Shown here: positions 57,478 to 64,000 of the stretch, one piece after another
Position numbering within the stretch: the first letter of the stretch is position 1
Layout of the letters: every line of letters starts with the position of its first letter
Assembly: GCA_963749155.1 (NCBI GenBank)
Contig: CAVVLO010000002.1
Location: forward strand, 1,152,001-1,216,000
DNA length: 64,000 bases
DNA from: an uncultured Armatimonadia bacterium
GTDB lineage: Bacteria; Armatimonadota; Zipacnadia; CAVVLO01
Direction: 5' to 3'
The notes under the pieces: generated by a model
What the model saw: the letters and a program-made list of their open reading frames with translations, nothing else
Databases searched by the model: none
What the model was told of the DNA's origin: nothing
Made by a program: the position numbers and the translations under genes

Positions 57478-58798
57478 TCACTTCTCTCTGCGATCGATAA
57501 GCCGCTTTGCTTTACCCTCGGTCACTGGCAAGCTGTCTGGTTCAACAAGCTGCACTACGGGTGTCACAAGCAAGTCAGACCTTAAGCTCTCTATAAGCTC
57601 GCTGCGCAACCGTTCCAAATCCGCCAGATCGCCGGTGAAAAATTCTTCCTGTACCTCTACCTGCACAACAAGCTCATCCATATAATCCTTGGTCTCCAGG
57701 ATTATCAGGTAGTTGCTTCCAACGCCAGGCGTATCCATCAGCACCCGCTCTATCTGCATCGGGAACAGATTGACACCTTTTACTATTACCATATCATCCG
57801 TCCGCCCGGTGATCCGGTCAAGCCTGCGCGTTGTCCGGCCACAAGGGCAGTCTCCAGGAAGTATCCTGGTAATGTCGCCAATCCGGTACCTGATTAGGGG
57901 CATCGCCTCGCGAGTTAGTGTGGTCATCACCAACTCGCCTGGTTCTCCATCAGGCACAGGTTCGTCTGTGTCTGGATCGACCAGTTCCATCAGGTAAGCA
58001 TCTTCCCATAGGTGCATCCCGGCCTTCTCGGGACACTCGAAAGCTACACCCGGCCCGCACATCTCGGACATCCCATACGAGTTGTAAGCATCCAGGTCGA
58101 GGGCTTCCTCGATTTTCCTTCGCGTTGCTTCAGTATGAGGCTCGGCACCAATAAAGGCGCGAGTGAGTTGCAAGTCCTTGTGGACATCGATGCCTTCTTC
58201 GGCTGCCACCCGTGCAAGCCTCAGGGCATAACTGGGCAATATGTGAACCGCTGTCGTGCCGAAGGTCTGCATCAGATAGAGTTGGCGTTCTGTGTTGCCC
58301 GAGCTTGCCGGGATAACCAGCGCGCCCAGCTTCTCAGCCCCATAATGCAGTCCCAGGCCGCCGGTAAACAGCCCATACCCCATCATATTCTGGAAGACAT
58401 CAGTTGGGCGCATCCCTGTCATCCAGCAAGCGCGCGCCACCAGGTCAGTCCAGTTGTCTAAGATCCTTCTGGGTATGGAACACAGCTATTGCCTTGCCAG
58501 TACTGCCCGAAGAATGATGCAGACGTACGACTTCTTCCTGGGGCACTGCCAAAAATCCATATGGGAAATAATCGCGCAAGTCCTGCTTCGTAGTGAAAGG
58601 CAATTTGCGCACATCGGCCAGGCTCTTGATGTCATCAGGTTCAAGGCCAATCTGCTTGAATCTCTGGGCATACGCGGGCGCCTTGAGGGCGCGTGCCAGA
58701 GTCTCTCTTAGCCTTGCTAGCTGCAACTGCTCGAGCCGTTCGCGAGGCATCGTCTCGATTGCTTCATCCCAATACACAGACACTGACTTCAACTCCAT
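57478..58798 (-). pseudogene. paaK: Phenylacetate-CoA ligase with a +1 frameshift near 58460 (pseudogene or sequencing error)
   Basis: PFTTKQDLR and HHSSGSTG in the first frame; YGLFTGG, SYGMSE and GRTDDM in the second. Removing one base gives KDLDNWTDLVAR. Confidence 0.9.
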
Positions 58799-58805
58799 TA
58801 CAGGC

Positions 58806-59828
58806 TTAACTCTCTGATGCAGGATAGGTGCCTAGCTGCTTCAGGAAGAAGCATTCCGGTTGCATCGCCTCGAGCGCCTTGCTTACCTTCTCGTCATCAG
58901 GCGCTCCTTCAATATCTACAAAGAAGACATAGGTCCACGCCATGTTGCGCGTCGGTCTTGACTCAATCATCGTCATATTGACGCCATAATCGTGAAACGG
59001 CTTCAAGCTGTCAAACAAGGCGCCAGGTTTATGCTGGGTGGCGAACACCAGGGAGGTCTTCAGTTCCTCAGAGGACTGCTGCGCCGCCACCCGGGCCTCT
59101 GGCTTGGCCAACACCAAAAAACGTGTCGCATTACCAGGAATATCCTCTATTGAGCGCGCAAGCACTTCCAGCCCATACTCGGCCGCCGCTAATTCATTGC
59201 CAATTGCTGCCCCGTCGCTCTCGCTGGCCGCCAGTTCGGCGCCCTTGGCCGTGCTGGCAACAGGCACCAGCTCCGCTTGCGGCAGGTGGGTAGCCAGCCA
59301 CTTGCGCGCCTGGGCAAAAGCCTGGGGATGAGAATATACCCGCTTCACAGCTTCAAGATCGCCCTGTCCCAGAAGATTCTGGTGGACTTCTAGCCGTTGT
59401 TCCCCAACGATTGCCACTTCATGGGACAGAAACGAGTCCAGTGTCCAGGTCTCGACCCCCTGGATTGCATTTTCTACCGGCACCAATCCCCGCTCGAGGT
59501 TACCCTTCTCAACTTCAGCGAAGACTTCTTCAATGGTGGGCAGAGGTTTTAGAACAACGGTTGGCCCGGCATAGGCCAGGGTGGCCTGGTGAGAGAAAGA
59601 AGCAAGTGGCCCGAGAAATCCATACCGCATGGGAGCGCGCCTGGCTTCACTTGCTTGCGAAAGCAACCTTAGCAACGCCTCGGCGAGGGGTAATGGAATC
59701 GTTGCCCCGCTCTGTGGTAAAATGGCCCTAGCGTCGCGGGAGATGGAACTGCCAGTTTTTTGACACTCTTCCAGCAGTTCTCCTGCGAGTTTCAGTATCG
59801 CTTGCTCAAGTTGGCCTGGATCTGCCAT
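58806..59828 (-). CDS. pheA: Prephenate dehydratase with a degenerate N-terminal chorismate-mutase-like segment
   Basis: LGPLASFS, VPVEN, SHPQA, NATRF and IESRP. Confidence 0.92.
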   Translation of the reverse strand: MADPGQLEQAILKLAGELLEECQKTGSSISRDARAILPQSGATIPLPLAEALLRLLSQASEARRAPMRYGFLGPLASFSHQATLAYAGPTVVLKPLPTIEEVFAEVEKGNLERGLVPVENAIQGVETWTLDSFLSHEVAIVGEQRLEVHQNLLGQGDLEAVKRVYSHPQAFAQARKWLATHLPQAELVPVASTAKGAELAASESDGAAIGNELAAAEYGLEVLARSIEDIPGNATRFLVLAKPEARVAAQQSSEELKTSLVFATQHKPGALFDSLKPFHDYGVNMTMIESRPTRNMAWTYVFFVDIEGAPDDEKVSKALEAMQPECFFLKQLGTYPASES

Positions 59829-59856
59829 TTGTCAGCCTCACACGAGGTATTACGGC

Positions 59857-59886
59857 ATAATAGGCAGTGCCCCTTCAGGCTGTCAA
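59857..59886 (-). promoter_or_regulatory. Putative pheA promoter
   Basis: Minus strand TTGACA, 18-bp spacer, TATTAT. Confidence 0.6.
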
Positions 59887-59904
59887 GCAAGTCGGGGGGA
59901 CAGA

Positions 59905-60762
59905 ATGACCCTGTTCAAGAAACGCAAGGCCAGACAGACCGATGCAGGGCTTGCTTATCAGATGCCAGGTGACTTGTGGCAGAAATGCCCCAAGTGCGGC
60001 GAACTCATATACAACAAAGATCTCGAACGCAACCTCAAAGTCTGCACCAAGTGCAACGCTCATCTGCGCCTGACTGCGCGCGAGCGTATTGCTTTGTTGC
60101 TTGATGAAGGCAGTTTCGATGAGTTCGAGACTGGTCTCAAGACTCAGAACCCACTCAAATTCCCTGGTTACGCCGAGAAACTCAAGAGCGACCAGGCTAA
60201 AACTGGTGAGAGTGAGACCTGCCTTGTTGGTAAAGCGCGTCTTGCGCGCATCCCTTGTGTCTTTGCTGTCACTGACTTCCATTTTATGGCTGGCAGTATG
60301 GCTTCCGTTGTCGGTGAAAAAATCGCCCGGTCCTTCGAGCATGCCATTAAGCTAGGCCTTCCCCTCATCGCGGTATCCGGCTCCGGTGGCGGCGCTCGTA
60401 TGCAGGAAGGCATTCTCTCTCTGATGCAGATGGCCAAAACCGCCAGTGCTGTCGGCAAGTTCAATGAAGCTGGCCTGCTCTATATTTGCGTGCTCACTGA
60501 CCCTACTATGGCGGGGGTCTACGCTTCCTGGGCCTCTCTTGGTGACATTACTATCGCCGAGCCTGGCACTATGGTTGGCTTCACTGGCCCGCGCCTTATC
60601 CAGCAAAACCTCAATATCAAGCTCCCCAAAGAGCTCCATACTGCCGAATATCAGATGCAGCGCGGGATGATTGACCTCGTCCTGCCCAGGCGCGACCTCA
60701 AGGACACGCTTGCCCGCTTGCTGTCTTGTGCTGGCTATACTGCCGCCGCGGAGGAAGCCTGA
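59905..60762 (+). CDS. accD: Acetyl-CoA carboxylase carboxyltransferase beta subunit
   Basis: LWQKCPKC zinc finger, GSM, GGARMQEG and GFTGPR. Confidence 0.96.
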   Translation: MTLFKKRKARQTDAGLAYQMPGDLWQKCPKCGELIYNKDLERNLKVCTKCNAHLRLTARERIALLLDEGSFDEFETGLKTQNPLKFPGYAEKLKSDQAKTGESETCLVGKARLARIPCVFAVTDFHFMAGSMASVVGEKIARSFEHAIKLGLPLIAVSGSGGGARMQEGILSLMQMAKTASAVGKFNEAGLLYICVLTDPTMAGVYASWASLGDITIAEPGTMVGFTGPRLIQQNLNIKLPKELHTAEYQMQRGMIDLVLPRRDLKDTLARLLSCAGYTAAAEEA

Positions 60763-61718
60763 TGAAAAAATCCTGGGAAGAGCTGGAGCGTCCCCTCGAG
60801 CAGCTCGAACTGCAGATTGCGGATTTGCGCGCCTTGATGGCCTCCTCCAAGGCTGACCATACTGCCGACATCGAGCGGCTTGAAGCAGCTCGCGATGAAG
60901 TCCTGGTTCGGATCTTCAAAGACCTCGATGCTTATGACCGCGTATTGCTCGCGCGTCATCCGCGCCGCCCCTATACTCTTGATTATGTAAACGCCCTTTT
61001 CGACGACTTCATCGAATTGCATGGCGACCGCCGTTATGGCGATGACGGAGCCGTCATCGGTGGCCTGGCCAAATTTGAGGGGCAGGGCTGCGTCGTAATC
61101 GGTCACCAAAAAGGCCGCACCACTAAAGAGCGCCAGTTCCGCAACTTTGGAAGTGCCAAGCCCGAGGGCTACCGCAAGGCTATCCGCCTGGTTAATCTGG
61201 CCGAAAAGTTGAAACTACCTGTTTTCTCTTTTGTTGATACTCCTGCCGCCGACTGCTTGCAGGAAGCCGAAGAACGCGGCATCTCCCAAGCTATCGCCGA
61301 GTGTCAGATGATTATGGCCAGAGCCAGGATCCCCATCATCGTGACCGTAATTGGCGAAGGGGGAAGCGGTGGGGCCATCGGTATCGCCGTCGGCAACACC
61401 ATTATGATGCAGGAATTTGCCGTTTACTCGGTTATCCCGCCGGAGAGCTGCGCATCCATCATTTTCCGCGATAATGCCCGCGCTGGCGAGGCGGCCGAAC
61501 TCCTCAAGCTCACCGCGAACGATGCCCTCAGTTTCAGCGTGGTTGACGAGATAATCAAAGAGCCTCTCGGCGGTGCCCATCGTGATTTCCTGGGCGCCTC
61601 GAAGCTACTCAAACCACACCTGACAAGCGCCCTCAAGGCTCTCATCAAGCAAGATGGCGAAGCTCTTGTAGAGCACCGGTATCAGCGTTTCCTCAAACTC
61701 GGTGAATGGACCGAGTAG
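60762..61718 (+). CDS. accA: Acetyl-CoA carboxylase carboxyltransferase alpha subunit
   Basis: ARHPRRP, LHGDR, GHQKGR and GEGGSGGA. Confidence 0.96.
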   Translation: MKKSWEELERPLEQLELQIADLRALMASSKADHTADIERLEAARDEVLVRIFKDLDAYDRVLLARHPRRPYTLDYVNALFDDFIELHGDRRYGDDGAVIGGLAKFEGQGCVVIGHQKGRTTKERQFRNFGSAKPEGYRKAIRLVNLAEKLKLPVFSFVDTPAADCLQEAEERGISQAIAECQMIMARARIPIIVTVIGEGGSGGAIGIAVGNTIMMQEFAVYSVIPPESCASIIFRDNARAGEAAELLKLTANDALSFSVVDEIIKEPLGGAHRDFLGASKLLKPHLTSALKALIKQDGEALVEHRYQRFLKLGEWTE

Positions 61719-61720
61719 AC

Positions 61721-64000
61721 CTAATCTACATAGCTCAGATGGACGATCCCTCGTGAATCTGTCCCTCCATCTGGACGCATCAGCAGGCGCAGTTCGTATT
61801 TTGCGCCCTCTTTCCTTTCTGGCAGTTCAAGGCTGTATGAATTGGCGTCTCGACTTCCGCCGCTCCAACCGCGATGGGCATCTCTGGCCACAACCTGGCC
61901 GTCCTCCAGCAGCTCTACCAGGGTGCTCTCCAGTCCGGCGGCGCCTTGCCGGTAGTCGAAAGTCACAGTCCAGCGACCTGGTTTGGTCAGGTAAGCCGTC
62001 ACGTCTACAAGCTGTTCATTCTGTTCCTTGTCACTCATCGTATTCGGCTGCCACTCATAAACCTGATAGGTCTCTGTGGGCGGGATTCCCGCCTCTTCGG
62101 CAAGTGGAAGCTCCTCTGGACGCTCTCTCGCCAACCTCGCCAGGTTGTCTGCAAGCTCTACTGTCTCTGCCTGCCTTGCCTCCAGTGCCGCAATATCTCC
62201 TGCGTAGTGTCCCAGGTTATCAATCGCCCAGCGATATTCCGAGATAAGAGGAGTGTATTTGCTTGCGAGCGCCGCTGCAGCGAGTTCTGCCTTTGCAAGC
62301 GCTTCCCAGCGCGCCTCGCCCTCGGCTTTTCGGGCTACCGCATACAACTGTGAGATTTCGCTTAACAAAAGCAACCTGTCGGACACCAGTCTGTGCAGCC
62401 TCAGGCTTGCCCTGGCGCATCTTATGGTCACATGATTCCGTGTGGCTTCTCTGTCCAGCTCCATCAGGCACTGAAGCGCGATGTCCAGACTGCGTTGTGC
62501 CTGTTTTGCCGCTGTAATATCGTTGCCTGCTCTTTCGATAAAGGCCTGATTTGGCAGCCAACACAACTTGCTAACTTCCGAGCTGCTGCCCCAGGGCGCT
62601 GGCGCGCCTAATATCCCTGCCTCATAAAGCCCCTTCCTGACAAGCTCTGCGGCGTCTGCGCCTTCTACCCCAAACCAGTCCTTTGCAAATTTGCGGTCAT
62701 ACCAGAGCCCCGGCGGGGTAGCGGTGTTCCAGGCGGCCTCTGCCGAATATATCATCCCATACCAACTGTTCTCATACAGCGCTCCGTACATAAGCTCCCA
62801 GGTCGTGCAGCAGACTCCACGTACCCCTTCAGCTCGCGCCGCGTTGTAGAAAGTCTGGATGCTCCGGAAAGTGGTCGGATGGTCCGGCCAGATGCGCGAA
62901 TAATCCACCACCGAAGGGCAGGCATATAGATTCTGAAATCCAGCCTCCTTGTACTTGGCGAGGGTTGGATACGCCGATGGTCCGTGGTAAATCCACTCAA
63001 AGGGTATGCTGTCCATCGGCATCAGGTCGGCATACTCGAGCGAGATCTCCTCCTCCCCTGGGCCAAACCGGTCCTTCGCAGTCCAGAAGAGCATCTGCTT
63101 GCCGCGCTTCTTTACCAACTCATTCAGCCGACTCATATGCAGCGCATACAAGGCGCCCTTGCCCTGCTTCTCAACATAAGCCTTACACTGGGGACACTTG
63201 CCAAAGCTCCACTCGAACTCATCTCCGCCTATATGGATGAAGGGGCTATACGGAAAAGCCTGGGCCAGTTCTCCCATCACCGTATCGAGAAACTCCCAGG
63301 TCTTCGGCTCGCTCGTGCAGAACACCCAGGCATCGCCTGCCTCGCGCAGTTGCTCGAGCTCTGGATGAGATAGCACCGCGCCAGCATGGCCAAGCGACTC
63401 ATACTGGGGAATCAGTTGCATCTGGTGCTTATGGGCATACTCGCCGAGCTCTAGCGCTTTGGCAGCGTCCATCGTGCCAGGCCTGCCCAGGAAGGGGTAC
63501 GCTTTGAACTGGAAATCATCCTCCATATAGATCATCAGCTGGTTAATCTTCCGCGCTGCCAGTTGGGAGATAAACCTTTTCATATATTCCAGGTCGATTG
63601 TCTGCCCGCGCGCCAGGTCATACTGCACCATCCGCCAGGGGAAGTCCGGCCAGTCTTTGATGACCACCCCGGCAAGCCGGGCTCCCTTCTCAGGCACTAG
63701 CTGCCGCAGTGTCTGGGCTGCATAGAACAGCCCCGCCGCTCCCCGACCGACAGCCAGCGCGCCGGTTGCCGAACTCGCCAGCCAATAACCCTCGGGCGAA
63801 TCCGGCACCTCGGCCTTCACGCCTCCCACCAGCCTGCGAGCTGTGCTAATCAGGGCGTCATCCCGGCCAGGCTGAGCCAGCACGATTGCCCTGTCAGGCA
63901 GCGGCTCACCAGGCCTCCAACGCGCCACCCGCGAGGGGAAGCCTCTCTCCTGCAGTCGCCAGGCCACCAGTTGGGCCGCGAAGTGGTCCTCCTTTGGCGC
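61721..64000 (-). CDS. GH20-family beta-N-acetylhexosaminidase-like protein (5' end outside the window)
   Basis: GLFYAAQTLRQL, IKDWPDFPWR, ESLGH and the catalytic IHIGGDE motif. Confidence 0.88.
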   Translation of the reverse strand, partial: APKEDHFAAQLVAWRLQERGFPSRVARWRPGEPLPDRAIVLAQPGRDDALISTARRLVGGVKAEVPDSPEGYWLASSATGALAVGRGAAGLFYAAQTLRQLVPEKGARLAGVVIKDWPDFPWRMVQYDLARGQTIDLEYMKRFISQLAARKINQLMIYMEDDFQFKAYPFLGRPGTMDAAKALELGEYAHKHQMQLIPQYESLGHAGAVLSHPELEQLREAGDAWVFCTSEPKTWEFLDTVMGELAQAFPYSPFIHIGGDEFEWSFGKCPQCKAYVEKQGKGALYALHMSRLNELVKKRGKQMLFWTAKDRFGPGEEEISLEYADLMPMDSIPFEWIYHGPSAYPTLAKYKEAGFQNLYACPSVVDYSRIWPDHPTTFRSIQTFYNAARAEGVRGVCCTTWELMYGALYENSWYGMIYSAEAAWNTATPPGLWYDRKFAKDWFGVEGADAAELVRKGLYEAGILGAPAPWGSSSEVSKLCWLPNQAFIERAGNDITAAKQAQRSLDIALQCLMELDREATRNHVTIRCARASLRLHRLVSDRLLLLSEISQLYAVARKAEGEARWEALAKAELAAAALASKYTPLISEYRWAIDNLGHYAGDIAALEARQAETVELADNLARLARERPEELPLAEEAGIPPTETYQVYEWQPNTMSDKEQNEQLVDVTAYLTKPGRWTVTFDYRQGAAGLESTLVELLEDGQVVARDAHRGWSGGSRDANSYSLELPERKEGAKYELRLLMRPDGGTDSRGIVHLSYVD

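Noticed and set aside
16921..58470. Programmed ribosomal frameshifting or phase variation at the three broken genes
   Set aside because: No slippery heptamer, long homopolymer or shared motif at the three sites; isolated +1 insertions fit sequencing error better.

Overview
Chromosomal window from a moderately GC-rich, probably anaerobic diderm bacterium (it encodes TolC). The gene mix is reminiscent of Armatimonadota or related candidate phyla, but that is an unverified impression. The window spans the replication origin: dnaA-[oriC]-dnaN-recF-dciA-rtcB on the minus strand, a divergent rsmG whose first codons contain a perfect parS, and a second mirror-symmetric cluster of six DnaA-box-like 9-mers about 5 kb away. 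The left end is a large hdrC-hdrB-hdrA'-hdrA''-mvhD(HTH)-hdrA-mvhD-flx-like operon behind a perfect sigma70 promoter. At 12.7-21.7 kb is the best candidate for an undescribed system: six small or membrane proteins (including a DUF6754-like protein and an apparent distant paralog), a GlmL/MutL-like ASKHA ATPase with no cognate B12 mutase in the window, and a tightly coupled barrel-sandwich-hybrid protein. The rest holds a MacAB-TolC-type exporter, ahcY, sugar kinases, fba with tandem PPi-type and ATP-type phosphofructokinases, comF, gcvT-H-PA-PB, several glycoside hydrolases, a GNAT-glycosidase-like fusion, pheA-paaK-ACT and accD-accA. Three genes carry single-base +1 frameshifts, probably sequencing errors. 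I found no tRNA, rRNA, CRISPR array or transposase. All family calls come from motif recognition, not database searches.
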